A DNA stretch of 64,000 bases. Origin: Luminiphilus sp. (lineage in GTDB: Bacteria; Pseudomonadota; Gammaproteobacteria; Pseudomonadales; Halieaceae). Numbering within the stretch: the first letter of the stretch is position 1; the number at the start of each line of letters is the position of its first letter. Location: contig JAYQIT010000015.1 in assembly GCA_038141785.1 (NCBI GenBank), forward strand, positions 102,024 through 166,023, given 5' to 3'. Shown in pieces: positions 1-10,641 of this stretch. Position numbers and translations under genes: made by a program. A model generated the notes under the pieces. That model saw nothing but the letters and a program-made list of their open reading frames with translations. It was not told where the DNA came from and searched no databases.

Positions 1-268
1 ATCTAAATGGCTTCAGAATACGCCGCATCAATTGGCATTGGTCGCCGCCATTGGCCAGCCTGCGCAATTTTTTCAGACACTGACAGAGCAGGGCTTTGTG
101 GGTGAAACTTTCGCTTATGCCGATCACGACACTATCTCAGCCCGTGAACTGGATCTCATTCGGGCAGACGTTATTATTACGACTGAAAAAGACGCCGTAA
201 AAATGACCGCGAATACTGACGAGCGGATATGGGTTCTCGAGATTTCAGCCCAGCTTCCCCGGCATTAA
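1..268 (+). CDS. lpxK: Tetraacyldisaccharide 4'-kinase, 3' part (runs off the window)
   Basis: AAIGQPAQFF, YADH and ITTEKDAVK motifs; directly upstream of kdsB. Confidence 0.9.
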   Translation, partial: SKWLQNTPHQLALVAAIGQPAQFFQTLTEQGFVGETFAYADHDTISARELDLIRADVIITTEKDAVKMTANTDERIWVLEISAQLPRH

Positions 269-309
269 TAAACACAGTCGTCTCTCGTTTTACTCAGGAG
301 GTCGCTTAG

Positions 310-1056
310 ATGTACCACGTAGTGATCCCAGCACGATTTGGTTCGACACGATTGCCGGGCAAGGCGCTGGCGGATATTGCCGGTCATCCCATGGTGTATT
401 GGGTGTGGTTGCGAGCATGTCAGAGCAATGCTGACTCGGTGATTGTAGCCACCGACCATGAGGGCATTGCTGAGGTCATGCGCGGTTACGGCGCCGACGT
501 GGCGATGACTCGATCGGATCATATGTCGGGGACCGACCGGTTGGCCGAAGTTGCTGAGCAGCGCGCCTGGTCCGACGACACCATTGTGGTGAACTTACAG
601 GGCGATGAACCGCTGATGCCCGGGGTCAATCTTGCGCAGGTGGCACAAGAGCTCCAGGTAAACCCGGCGGCAAGTATTGCTACGCTCTGCGAGCCCCTTG
701 AACAACGGGATGATTTGTACAACCCGTCTGTGGTTAAAGTGGTGGTCACAGAGGCTGGCAACGCGCTGTATTTTTCAAGGGCGCCGATTCCATTTCCGCG
801 TGCAGGCGAGGAGGCGGCCGAGCTCAGTTTGCGAGTGGCAAAGCGGCACGTCGGGCTGTATGCGTATCGCTGCGGGTTTTTGCGTCGATTTGTATCGTAC
901 CCACAAGCCGATATCGAGCAACTTGAGTCACTGGAGCAGTTGCGGGCGATGAGCCAAGGGGAGGTAATTCGCGTTGTGCCGGCCTGCGAGCGTGTTCCTG
1001 CAGGTGTGGATACCCCAGCAGATTTGGCGCATGTTCGGGCAGTCATGGAAGCCTAA
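310..1056 (+). CDS. kdsB: 3-deoxy-manno-octulosonate cytidylyltransferase
   Basis: IPARFGSTRLPGKAL, NLQGDEP and LEQLRA motifs. Confidence 0.97.
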   Translation: MYHVVIPARFGSTRLPGKALADIAGHPMVYWVWLRACQSNADSVIVATDHEGIAEVMRGYGADVAMTRSDHMSGTDRLAEVAEQRAWSDDTIVVNLQGDEPLMPGVNLAQVAQELQVNPAASIATLCEPLEQRDDLYNPSVVKVVVTEAGNALYFSRAPIPFPRAGEEAAELSLRVAKRHVGLYAYRCGFLRRFVSYPQADIEQLESLEQLRAMSQGEVIRVVPACERVPAGVDTPADLAHVRAVMEA

Positions 1057-1057
1057 C

Positions 1058-2152
1058 GTGTCCCAACCCCAACGAGACGTCTCCATCCGCCATCTCAATG
1101 GCTTGCAGCTCGCCGCTGTTGCCGAGTTTTTTTGGCGGGTGGATTCCTTGTCTGCACTGGAGCAAGCCAGTACATGGGCGCGCGAACATGATCAACCCAT
1201 TACCGTTTTGGGGGCGGGAAGCAATGTGGTGGCTCATCAGTTCGTACCCGGTTTGGTCATTCATATGGCTATCCGAGGCATCGAGCTCGTAATCGATGAC
1301 GGCAGCGAAGTAAGTTTACGGATCGCTGCCGGCGAGAATTGGCATGAATTTGTTACCTGGACTTTAGCGCAGGGATTGGGTGGTTTAGAAAATTTGGCGC
1401 TTATACCGGGCACGGTAGGTGCCGCGCCGGTGCAAAATATTGGCGCTTATGGCGTGGAGGTGGGTGAGACCATAAAGGCGGTAAACGTCTACGACTATCA
1501 TACGAACTATTACCACAGCCTTTTGCATGATGAATGCGCCTTTGCTTATCGCGATAGTATTTTTAAAACCCCACAAGCCGGCTCTTGGATTATTGTTGCC
1601 GTTGAATTTTTGCTCAGCCGCAATTCAGCCGTGGTATTGAATTATCCGGAGTTAAAGGCGGCGCTGGCTGAGTCCACTCCCTCGAGGGCGCGCGTCTATG
1701 ACCAGGTGGTGGCGCTGCGCTCAAAAAAATTACCCGATCCCAGGCAGACGCCGAATGTGGGTAGTTTTTTCAAAAACCCGGTTGTGGACGTGACTAAGGC
1801 AAAGCAATTGGCCGAGCGTTGGCCCGCTATGCCCCAATATCCGCAAGCGGAGCAATCGCAAGCACCAACCGAGCATTCGCGCGCCGAGGCCTTGAACTCA
1901 GACGTCGGCGTGAAGCTATCAGCTGCCTGGATGATTGATCAGTTAGGTTGGCGAGGTCGTTCACACAAGGGCATAGGTATTTCTGAAAAACACGCGCTTG
2001 TGATTATCAACACCGAGGGTGATATCAACGCGTTGCTGGCATTGACTGAAGAAATTCGGGCTGGGGTAGCAAGCCAGTTTGGTGTGCAACTTTGTTGGGA
2101 ACCTCGCTTACTTGGTGTAGCGGAACCCACAGACAAAAGTTTGGTCCGTTGA
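1058..2152 (+). CDS. murB: UDP-N-acetylmuramate dehydrogenase
   Basis: GAGSNV, GLENLALIPGTVGAAPVQNIGAYG and GSFFKNP; GTG start at 1058 just after the kdsB stop. Confidence 0.95.
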   Translation: MSQPQRDVSIRHLNGLQLAAVAEFFWRVDSLSALEQASTWAREHDQPITVLGAGSNVVAHQFVPGLVIHMAIRGIELVIDDGSEVSLRIAAGENWHEFVTWTLAQGLGGLENLALIPGTVGAAPVQNIGAYGVEVGETIKAVNVYDYHTNYYHSLLHDECAFAYRDSIFKTPQAGSWIIVAVEFLLSRNSAVVLNYPELKAALAESTPSRARVYDQVVALRSKKLPDPRQTPNVGSFFKNPVVDVTKAKQLAERWPAMPQYPQAEQSQAPTEHSRAEALNSDVGVKLSAAWMIDQLGWRGRSHKGIGISEKHALVIINTEGDINALLALTEEIRAGVASQFGVQLCWEPRLLGVAEPTDKSLVR

Positions 2153-3974
2153 AAGACTTCGATCATAAAGCGTTTTTGGCTACCTTGACGAGCCGCCCGG
2201 GCGTTTACCAAATGTACGACCGTCAAGGCCAGCTGCTGTATGTGGGTAAGGCAAAAAACCTTAAAAACCGTGTGGCTAGCTATTTTAGAGCAAGTGGCCT
2301 AACCGCAAAAACCATGGCCTTGGTAAGCCGTATCGCCGATATTCAAATTACCGTAACCACAACCGAAGTTGATGCGCTGCTACTCGAACACAATCTGATT
2401 AAGGAAAATCGTCCTCCCTATAACATTGATCTCAAGGATGATAAGTCTTACCCCTATATTTACCTTTCCAGCCAAGATAAGTGGCCTCGTTTGAGTTTGC
2501 ACAGGGGGCCTAAACGGCGGAAGGGCGAATACTTTGGCCCTTATCCTAGCGCCGGAGCCGTTCGTTCGACCCTGCACTTGTTGCAGAAGGTGTTAAGGGT
2601 TCGCCAGTGCCAGGACAGCTATTTTAAAAACCGCTCGCGCCCCTGTTTGCAGTACCAAATTGGTCGCTGTAGTGCCCCCTGTGTTGGTTTGGTGAGTGAC
2701 GGAGATTACGCCGATCAGGTAGATAAAACGGTCATGTTTTTAAGCGGTAAATCGCAGGATCTCATGAAACGCCTGGCCGATGAGATGGAGGTGGCCGCTG
2801 AAGAGCTGCGTTATGAAGAGGCGGCGGAACGCCGTGATCAGCTCGCCCAGTTGCAGCAGGTGCAATCGATCCAAGGTATTGAAGGTGGCAATGGGGATTT
2901 GGACATTTTGGCAGTCACGACCGGCTCGGGTAGCGCCTGCGTTCAAGTTTTATTTGTGCGTGAGGGTAGGGTATTGGGCAGCCGCACGTTCTACCCACCA
3001 ACACGCTTGGACGAGGGTGATGCTCAAGTGATGGAGGCGTTTATCCCGCAATTTTATCTATCGGGCAAGCAAACCATTCCCGCTGAGCTCATTGTGCATC
3101 CTATGCCCGACGGTGCTGAGGCACTAGCCGATGCGCTAGGCAGACAGGCCGGCCGCAAAGTTGAGCTGCGCACGCGGGTTCGCGATGCAAGGGCGCGCTG
3201 GCTTCAACTTGCGGTGCAAACAGCACAAACGAATTTGGCGTCTCAGCTAAACGCCCGCGCAACGATCAGCGGTCGGCTCGTGTCGCTGCAGCGTGAGTTA
3301 GACCTTGAGCAAGCGCCGGTGCGAATGGAGTGTTTTGATATTAGTCACAGTGCCGGCGAGGCAACGGTGGCCTCCTGCGTAGTATTTGATAGTAACGGCG
3401 CTCGGAAAGCCGACTATCGGAAATTTAACATCGACGGCATCACGCCCGGAGACGATTACGCCGCCATGCAACAGGCGCTGGAGCGACGTTACAAACGCTT
3501 ATCGGCCCAAGAGGCGCAATTGCCCGATGTGCTTTTTATTGACGGCGGTAAAGGTCAAGTTGCACAGGCCATGTCGGTGTTATCGAGTTTCGACATCACT
3601 AGCGTTCGGGTTGTTGGTATTGCCAAGGGAACTACACGCAAGGCGGGGTTTGAAACGCTTATCGACGGCGATACCGGGCGCGAGAGTCAGCTACGGGGTG
3701 ACAACCCCGCGCTGCATCTTATTCAGCAAATACGCGACGAAGCGCATCGATTTGCCATCACTGGGCACCGAGCAAGGCGTGCAAAGGCGCGCAAATCTTC
3801 CTTGTTAGAGGGTATTCCAGAGTGGGTGCCAAACGCCGCCGTGAACTGTTACGTCATTTTGGCAGCGCGGGTGGTGTGGCCAATGCCAGTGTTGCCGAGC
3901 TGAAAAAGGTGGGTGGAGTCAGTGATTCACTGGCGCAAACCATTTATGATCATCTACACAGCGTGGGTGATTAA
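2149..3974 (+). CDS. uvrC: Excinuclease ABC subunit C (frameshift near 3820 before the HhH motif)
   Basis: PGVYQM..YVGKAKNLKNRV, ECFDISH, IDGGKGQ, RDEAHRFAI; the other frame continues VGAKRRRELLRHFGS to TAA at 3974. Confidence 0.95.
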
Positions 3975-4020
3975 TATTATTAACCCACACTAAACCCTGA
4001 CTCGACACGGGAACGCAGTT

Positions 4021-4587
4021 GTGCCGCTGACCTTGCCCAATGTACTGACGCTTTTGCGCGTAGCCGCCATCCCCTTGCTGGTGGCGCTGTTTTACCTGCA
4101 CCCGCCAATCGCGACCTGGGGTAGTGCCGGATTGTTTGCTCTAGCTGCTGTGACCGATTGGGTTGACGGCTGGCTTGCACGCCGCACAGGGCAGACTAGC
4201 GCTTTTGGGGCGTTTTTAGACCCAGTGGCAGATAAGCTGATTGTGGCAACCGCGCTGGTACTGTTGGTCGATCGTTACGAGTCAGTGATCGTGACTTTGG
4301 CGGCCTGCGTCATCATTGGTCGGGAGATTGTGGTGAGTGCAATGCGTGAGTGGATGGCTCAGGTAGGCCAGAGTGCTGCCGTTAAAGTGTCTCAGCTTGC
4401 CAAGGTGAAGACCGCACTGCAGATGGGTGCCATTGTGCTGATGCTTCTTGTCATTCCCGATGCCAGTAATCGCTATTGGAGCTGGTTTGCCCAGCTGGTA
4501 TTGGTAGGGGCTGCGGGACTAACCTTAGCCAGCATGGTGATTTATCTCAAAGCGTTTTGGCGCGTTCTGGGCAAGCAGAGTAGTTGA
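4021..4587 (+). CDS. pgsA: CDP-diacylglycerol--glycerol-3-phosphate 3-phosphatidyltransferase
   Basis: LPNVLT and TDWVDGWLARR...FGAFLDPVADK; uvrC-pgsA-tRNA-Gly synteny. Confidence 0.95.
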   Translation: MPLTLPNVLTLLRVAAIPLLVALFYLHPPIATWGSAGLFALAAVTDWVDGWLARRTGQTSAFGAFLDPVADKLIVATALVLLVDRYESVIVTLAACVIIGREIVVSAMREWMAQVGQSAAVKVSQLAKVKTALQMGAIVLMLLVIPDASNRYWSWFAQLVLVGAAGLTLASMVIYLKAFWRVLGKQSS

Positions 4588-4622
4588 CGCCGATGGGCGC
4601 TTGGCTAAATTAAGTCGGCAAA

Positions 4623-4698
4623 GCGGGAATAGCTCAGTTGGTAGAGCGCAACCTTGCCAAGGTTGAGGTCGCGAGTTCGAACCTCGTTTCCCGCTCCA
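4623..4698 (+). tRNA. tRNA-Gly (GCC)
   Basis: GCGGGAATAGCTCAGTTGGTAGAGC...CTTGCCAAG...GTTCGAAC...CCA, 76 nt. Confidence 0.98.
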
Positions 4699-4801
4699 CT
4701 TTCTGCCAAACATCATTAGACGCCTATTCTGCGGCTCGCGCACTTTCGTCCAAAGGTGCCAGCTCTGCCGACCATGATCGCCATTTAAAATCTATGGATA
4801 A

Positions 4802-4840
4802 TTGGCAGGGAAACTCGCTTGAGTGTATACTCGCGCCTCC
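4802..4840 (+). promoter_or_regulatory. Sigma70-type stable-RNA promoter for tRNA-Cys
   Basis: TTGGCA-N18-TATACT followed by GC-rich discriminator CGCGCC. Confidence 0.6.
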
Positions 4841-4905
4841 GCCGGATATCACCCATCCGACGGTCATGCTCAGCGAACCTATTTAGCTAAGCATTCCTCC
4901 CAAAT

Positions 4906-4979
4906 GGCTCGGTGGCAGAGTGGTGATGCAGCGGATTGCAAATCCGTCTACGCCGGTTCGATTCCGACCCGAGCCTCCA
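4906..4979 (+). tRNA. tRNA-Cys (GCA)
   Basis: GGCTCGG acceptor stem, GCGGA-TTGCAAA-TCCGT anticodon arm, TTCGATT loop, TCCA end. Confidence 0.97.
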
Positions 4980-5012
4980 TTAATCCCTTCATTTGACTCG
5001 GGCTACAAGCAG

Positions 5013-5784
5013 TCAGTGCCGTTGCGCCAGTGCCCGTCGCAGGGCAGCGACTTCTTCCTTAAGCGCCGCGATGTCTGTTTGGGTCGCCGGCTTATCGTCA
5101 TGACCATCCGATAGCCTCACGGTGCCTATGGCGTCCACGATAATACCCACAAATAAGTTAAGCGCCATAAATGTGGTGACCATAATAAAGGGTATGAAAA
5201 AGCACCAGGCGTAGGGAAACGCGGCCATAACCGGTCGGACAATTCCCATCGACCATGACTCCAGTGTCATTATTTGAAACAGCGTGAACATCGAGGCCCC
5301 CAGCGAGCCAAACCACTCTGGGAACTGAGGTCCGAATAGGGTGGTGCTGATAACCGCGCCAATGTAGAAAAAAACCAGCAGCAATAGCGCGACTGAGCTT
5401 GCGCCAGGTATTGCCATTAACAAACCGCTTACGACTCGACGAATAGAATCGATGGCCGTCACCAGCCTAAGAAGCCGAAAAATTCTAAACGCGCGCAGAA
5501 TGGACAAGCTACCTGCTTGCGGAATGAGTGCGATGGCGATGATGAAAAAATCAAAGTTATTCCACCCATTTTTAAAAAATTGGGTGCGATAGGTCACCAG
5601 TTTCAAGAGCAGCTCTATGACAAAAATGACCATGCATGCATGATCTGCCCAAGTGAGCCAGGTCAATGTTGTCGGCGACAGCTCTGAGGGCAGTTTGCGC
5701 ACCCAGTACGGCCGCGTTGAATACAATGATCACTACGATAAAGGATGAGAAATAATTGGATTCGATCATTGATCGCATGGTCAT
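5013..5784 (-). CDS. Bacterial voltage-gated sodium channel-like ion transporter (frameshift ~5690)
   Basis: S4 [12 protein letters not shown], selectivity filter [14 protein letters not shown]; N-terminal S1 lies in the adjacent frame. Confidence 0.88.
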
Positions 5785-5804
5785 GGTGTCGTGTCCCCGA
5801 TGGC

Positions 5805-6242
5805 TCAGTCGCTAAAAACCCCACTCGCCGCGCGGGTCTCGGCAAAGCGAATGAGGCGAGATGTCGCCACAGCGGCCTGTCGGTGAACAACGGCTTTGGC
5901 GTAATCGGCGTCCTTAACCATCTCAAGGAAGGCGTGGGCATTGGGGTAGCGCGCAATAAAAACCGTATCCCAGTGCTCATCACTTGGTCCAATAACCATG
6001 CCCTCAAAGCGACCGCGCCAAACGATTTCACCGCCCACCCGCGAAAAAACCGGACCGCTGTGTTCGCCATAGGCCCCGTAGGCTTGCGCACCGGTTAGAT
6101 TGAGGCCGGCATTGGGATGATCTGCTGGGTAGCTAGCCTGTTCGCGAAAACGCAGCATGTTGAGCATGAGTATTGGCGTTGACCGATCGAGGCTCTTGAA
6201 GTGCGCAAAGTTTTCGGGACTGGGGTCAATAAATTGTTCCAT
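5805..6242 (-). CDS. DUF1330-like small protein
   Basis: PILMLNMLRFRE, WDTVFIARYP and HRQAAV pattern. Confidence 0.75.
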   Translation of the reverse strand: MEQFIDPSPENFAHFKSLDRSTPILMLNMLRFREQASYPADHPNAGLNLTGAQAYGAYGEHSGPVFSRVGGEIVWRGRFEGMVIGPSDEHWDTVFIARYPNAHAFLEMVKDADYAKAVVHRQAAVATSRLIRFAETRAASGVFSD

Positions 6243-6377
6243 AGCTACACCTGTTTCGTTTGGCGTGTTTAAAGAGAGTTGTTTGTTAAATCATGTATGG
6301 CGTTGTGACTTTGGTAGGGGGAAGAGCGATTAGGGCAACACCAACCAAACCAGCGCCAAACGCCTTCTTCCGGGTTC

Positions 6378-7625
6378 CTATTTGGGTCGGCTGTAAGCCT
6401 TTGGCATCGTTGATTCATCCATGTACCGATCTCTCAACAGGGTTTGCCGACTTATCATGGGGTCGGGTTTGCCGTTGATAATGACTTGTTGCGCAACGCT
6501 AGACACATCGAGTGGGTCGCCACTCCAGAGCACCAAATCAGCGATGGCGCCTTTACGGGCACTCCGATCTTGACCGCCAAAAATAGTGGCTGGTGTGGTT
6601 GTCATGGACTGAATCGCTGCGCCCATTGGCATGCCGTTTGCCACGGCATTACCCGCAAGTTGCCGTACTTTTCTGGCGTTGTGGGTTTCGCCGCTGCTGA
6701 ACATCACGGTTACACCTGCTTCAGTGAGTAGGGCGGCATTATCGAGCCGTGAACCCAGCGAATCAAAGTTGGCCGGTAAATTATCCAGCGCATTTAGCAT
6801 GACGGGTACCTTTGCCTTGGCTAACGCATCAGCCACTACCCAGGCTTCGCGCCCGCCGTGAATGACCGCTTGTATCTTTTGGGCTTCGGCAAATTTTATA
6901 ACCTGCATAATATCGGTGGCGCGGTTCACATTGAAAACGATCACACCGCGGTCCCTAACCTCGGCCAGTGCCTTTTTACCCTGGTTGCTGAGCAGTGCTA
7001 AGTCGGCACCGCGTTCCAGCTCGTCAAACGCTTGGCCCAGTAACATCCAATGGGCTGCCCGAGAGCCACCTGCGTTGTCTGCTGAGTAGCCACTGAGCTC
7101 AACGAATAAAACGGGTTTGCCCTCAAAGCTCTCAAAACCGCCATCAAGGCGAACAAGACCGCCCTGGCCAGAAATGCTGCGGTCGCCTGCGGTGGCGCTG
7201 AGAAGCGCGTAGCCAAAGCCCTCAATTCGTGTAATAGGAATCACAGTGCTCAAGGGGTTGTACGCCATGCGCACATCAAATTCGGGGTGCATGAGCTCAG
7301 TGTAGAGCGCTTCATAATCGCTGTCGGCCGATTCCGAAACAGCTGACACCTCAACAAGTCCCGACACGGTTGCTCCGGCAAAAAATGCCGGTGTCACCGG
7401 TTTGTGGTTGGCATCAATGATTTGCACCTCGGTAGGCAGCTTGAGGTCTGACCCAATTTGCGTGATCCGGCCTTGTTCAATGATGATGTCAGCATTTTCA
7501 ACAACATCACTGCCGTTGCCAATGTGCAAACTGGCATTGGTAATCACCAAATCTTGTGCGCAGGCAATGGTCCCGACCGTGCATGCCACAAGGGTTGCAA
7601 GCATTCCAGTGAATACGCGCTTCAT
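6378..7625 (-). CDS. Secreted amidohydrolase-fold protein lacking the HxH metal motif
   Basis: Signal peptide; C-terminal ADLVLWSGDPL; TPAFFAGAT at the site of PGxIDxHxH. Confidence 0.8.
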   Translation of the reverse strand: MKRVFTGMLATLVACTVGTIACAQDLVITNASLHIGNGSDVVENADIIIEQGRITQIGSDLKLPTEVQIIDANHKPVTPAFFAGATVSGLVEVSAVSESADSDYEALYTELMHPEFDVRMAYNPLSTVIPITRIEGFGYALLSATAGDRSISGQGGLVRLDGGFESFEGKPVLFVELSGYSADNAGGSRAAHWMLLGQAFDELERGADLALLSNQGKKALAEVRDRGVIVFNVNRATDIMQVIKFAEAQKIQAVIHGGREAWVVADALAKAKVPVMLNALDNLPANFDSLGSRLDNAALLTEAGVTVMFSSGETHNARKVRQLAGNAVANGMPMGAAIQSMTTTPATIFGGQDRSARKGAIADLVLWSGDPLDVSSVAQQVIINGKPDPMISRQTLLRDRYMDESTMPKAYSRPK

Positions 7626-8968
7626 GGTGTCACCTCCAATAATTGCCCCAGCTCAAAATCGGTCACCGGCTGTAGCGCTTTGTTGTTGCGATCAAAGACC
7701 AAGGCGCCGTCTACATAGACCTGCTCCGCTTTGGCGTAAACACTAAAGGGGTTCTGATTCCAGATGACAATATCTGCCATTTTTCCGGGAGCGAGGCTAC
7801 CGGTTTGCTCGTCAATACCCAGCGATTTAGCGGCGTTGGCGGTTATCCAGCGTATGGCGTGCTCCGGGGTAATGGATAGTCCCGCTGCATTACCCTTGGC
7901 CATGGCTTTTGCTGCCTCCTGATTGAGTCGTTGAATCCCCTCGTCCGAGTCGGAGTGGACAATCGAGCAACTACCCTCAGGTCTGTCGACAAGTGCAATA
8001 TTTTCTTGGCTGCCGTCGTAAGCTTCCATCTTAAAGCCCCACCAATCGGCCCACAGAGCGCCACACACGCCATTGCCCGCCAGTTCGTCGGCAATTTTGT
8101 AGGCTTCTACGCCATGATGAAAGGTACTCACCCGATAACCAAATTCATTGGCCATATCCAGAATGGTCATCATCTCATCGGCGCGGTAACAATGCATATG
8201 AACGAGGATTTCGCCTTTCAGTGCGCCAGCGAGGGTTTCAAGTTCAAGGTCGCGTTTGGGTGCTTTTTTATCTTCTTTATCGCTCGCCTCATAGGCGGCC
8301 CACTCGTCGATATAGTTTTGGGCTTTAATCCAGGCAGTGCGGTAGGCAGCCACATTACCCATGCGCGTGGAAGGGGCTTTGTTGCGACGACCATACACGC
8401 GCTTGGGATTCTCGCCACAGGCCATTTTGAGACCATGGGGTGCGCCGGGAAACTTCATGGCCTGATAGGTGGTTGCCGGTACATTTTTTAGCGTCACACC
8501 GCGACCACCGAACAGGTTGGCAGAGCCGGGTAGAATTTGCAGCGTGGTGATGCCGCCGGCCATGGCTCGTGTAAACCCGGGGTCCTGAGGCCACACGCTG
8601 TGCTCGGCCCAGACTTCGGCGGTCACCGGAGCCGTGGCTTCGTTACCGTCAGAGTGTGCTCTAACATCTGGGCTCGGGTAGACGCCCAAGTGCGAGTGCA
8701 CATCGATGATGCCTGGCGTTATCCACTGGCCACTGGCATCAATAATTTGTGCGTCACTGGGTACGTCACCTGTGCCGACCCAACGAATAACACCATTGCT
8801 GATGAGTAAATCACCACCGTCAATGCGCCCGCCATCGCCGGTGAGAATAGTGGCACCCGCGAAGACAGTGGGGCTACCGGGTAACGGTTGGTAGGTCGAT
8901 GGGAATGGCTCGGCCACTGCCGATGCTGCAGCCATTGTCATGACAACGAGGGTTTTTACACCGCGCAT
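7622..8968 (-). CDS. Secreted metal-dependent amidohydrolase
   Basis: TPGIIDVHSH, KMACGENPKR, HMHCYRA, HSDS, GKMADIVIW; signal peptide. Confidence 0.9.
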   Translation of the reverse strand: MRGVKTLVVMTMAAASAVAEPFPSTYQPLPGSPTVFAGATILTGDGGRIDGGDLLISNGVIRWVGTGDVPSDAQIIDASGQWITPGIIDVHSHLGVYPSPDVRAHSDGNEATAPVTAEVWAEHSVWPQDPGFTRAMAGGITTLQILPGSANLFGGRGVTLKNVPATTYQAMKFPGAPHGLKMACGENPKRVYGRRNKAPSTRMGNVAAYRTAWIKAQNYIDEWAAYEASDKEDKKAPKRDLELETLAGALKGEILVHMHCYRADEMMTILDMANEFGYRVSTFHHGVEAYKIADELAGNGVCGALWADWWGFKMEAYDGSQENIALVDRPEGSCSIVHSDSDEGIQRLNQEAAKAMAKGNAAGLSITPEHAIRWITANAAKSLGIDEQTGSLAPGKMADIVIWNQNPFSVYAKAEQVYVDGALVFDRNNKALQPVTDFELGQLLEVTP

Positions 8969-9002
8969 AAGAGATTCCTTCACAGATTTTGCATGCGGCA
9001 CG

Positions 9003-10269
9003 TTACAGTCTGCGCGTTGATTTGCCAATCATTTGATACCAACGTCGCTGGACGGGATTGAGCGGTTTGCGTACCACAGGTCCATGCTGAGCGCTCCAGT
9101 GTTGGCTCTGTTGGCTCGGCTGATCTTCACCGGCATCAAAAAAGGCAGTAATACGATCCCGTTGCGCCAATGCGTCTTGATATCCAAGACGTAAAAGGTG
9201 CTGACAGTAACCGGGTTCAAATAAAATGTAGCTCAACGCCCCTCCCGATCCCTGATCTCTAATTGATCGGGTCAAGTTTAAAAAGCGCCGCGTGGCTGAT
9301 GGCAACTCATCGACATAATCGCGTGCGATGTCTGATAGCGATTGCGAGGGCGAGATAATAAGCGAGTCAATCAAGCGCATACCGCTTATTCCGGGGCGAC
9401 TGAGTTGCCGATTAGATCGATCGCTCAGCAGTGCATTAACGCGGTGCAGGGTTTCAAGGTCGGCGTCTATGGAATCGAGAAAGACGCCGTTTAACATTTG
9501 ACCCAGAACCTGGGAAATTGTTGGCGGTACCGATGGCGTCTCATCGGAGGGCCCGTGACTAGCATGGTCACTCACGCCGATTATAAAAAGCCGGTCGGCA
9601 CCTAGGTGTATCGCGGCACTGAGTGGGCGGGACTGTCGCAGCGCACCGTCACCAAAATAATGCTGCCCGACTCGAGTGGCGGGAAACAGGGTTGGCAGTG
9701 CCGATGAGGCAAGCAAGTGCTCGACGCCCAGTGTGCAGGGCTCACTGTGCCGGCGTGCGCGCGACCAAGGAGCAATATGGGCTTGCCCTTGGTAAAAGGT
9801 GGTTGAGTGGCCATTAGTGTAGTTCATGGCTGTCAGCCCAATGGCCTCTAACTCACCGCCCGCAATGGCGCGCTCAATATGCGTAAATTGAACCGCTTCC
9901 TCAAGCAGCTCCCGCAAGGGTTGATTATCCAATAACGCCAAGGGGACGGGATTCTTCGACTGCCCTCGGAGCATAGACCAGGCAATCCTTAGCGCGTTAC
10001 GCGAAACTGCAAAACCGCTGGTGCGGTAAATGGCGGCACTCTCTAGAGATGACCATATAGTGCGCAACGCTTGGGTTCGATACCGAAACGTGCCCGGCCG
10101 ACCGGCAAGTCCCAACGCGTTAAGAGCTCCCGCCGAGGTGCCGGTAATAATAGGGAAAAGGTTGACGCGTATTTTTTGGCAGTATGTCGGCGAGGGCTTG
10201 CAAAACCCCCACTTGGTAGGCTGCGCGGGCCCCACCGCCCGATAAAATCAAGCCCGTCTTAATGCTCAT
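9003..10269 (-). CDS. Patatin-like phospholipase (frameshift ~10205)
   Basis: True N-terminus MSIKTGLILSGGGARAAYQVG from ATG 10269; GTSAG nucleophile motif; DGA motif. Confidence 0.9.
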
Positions 10270-10338
10270 ACCGCGTTTCTCTGTGTTCTCGAAAAGTTTA
10301 ACCTATATCCACCCCATAATAACGCGAGAGAGTGAGTT

Positions 10339-10568
10339 GATGCGCCTTTTAGTCATACGGCGCAACAGTTTGCCGACTCGGGCGATGCCAGTCTGATTTG
10401 GGAAGGACACAAAGCCGGTCGAGATATTGGTTATTGCCACCTTGAGAAGATGCACAACCTCGAGGTTTTCACCCCTCACGGGCTTCACGATTAGAATCTA
10501 GTTTCCCCCACAAAATTCGTGGGGGATCGCCTGGGTGGACGCGGGCTGTCGCCATCATCGACGACTAA
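10339..10568 (+). pseudogene. 3' remnant of a cyclase (kynurenine formamidase-like) family gene
   Basis: Reads DAPFSHTAQQFADSGDASLIWEGHKAGRDIGYCHLEKMHNLE then, after shifts, FPHKIRGGSPGWTRAVAIIDD*; no 5' half or start. Confidence 0.75.
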
Positions 10569-10641
10569 GTCATGTTTATAACGCCTATTCACGGTATGCC
10601 GTTGAACTCGGTCACCTACAAACCAAGGCCATAAACCGCCG

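Noticed and set aside
4952-4968. C-A mismatch in the tRNA-Cys T-stem
   Set aside because: From recall, the same T-arm occurs in other gammaproteobacterial tRNA-Cys genes, so it is not distinctive.
4638-5114. ORFs overlapping the tRNA-Gly and tRNA-Cys genes
   Set aside because: Translations of tRNA sequence, not proteins.
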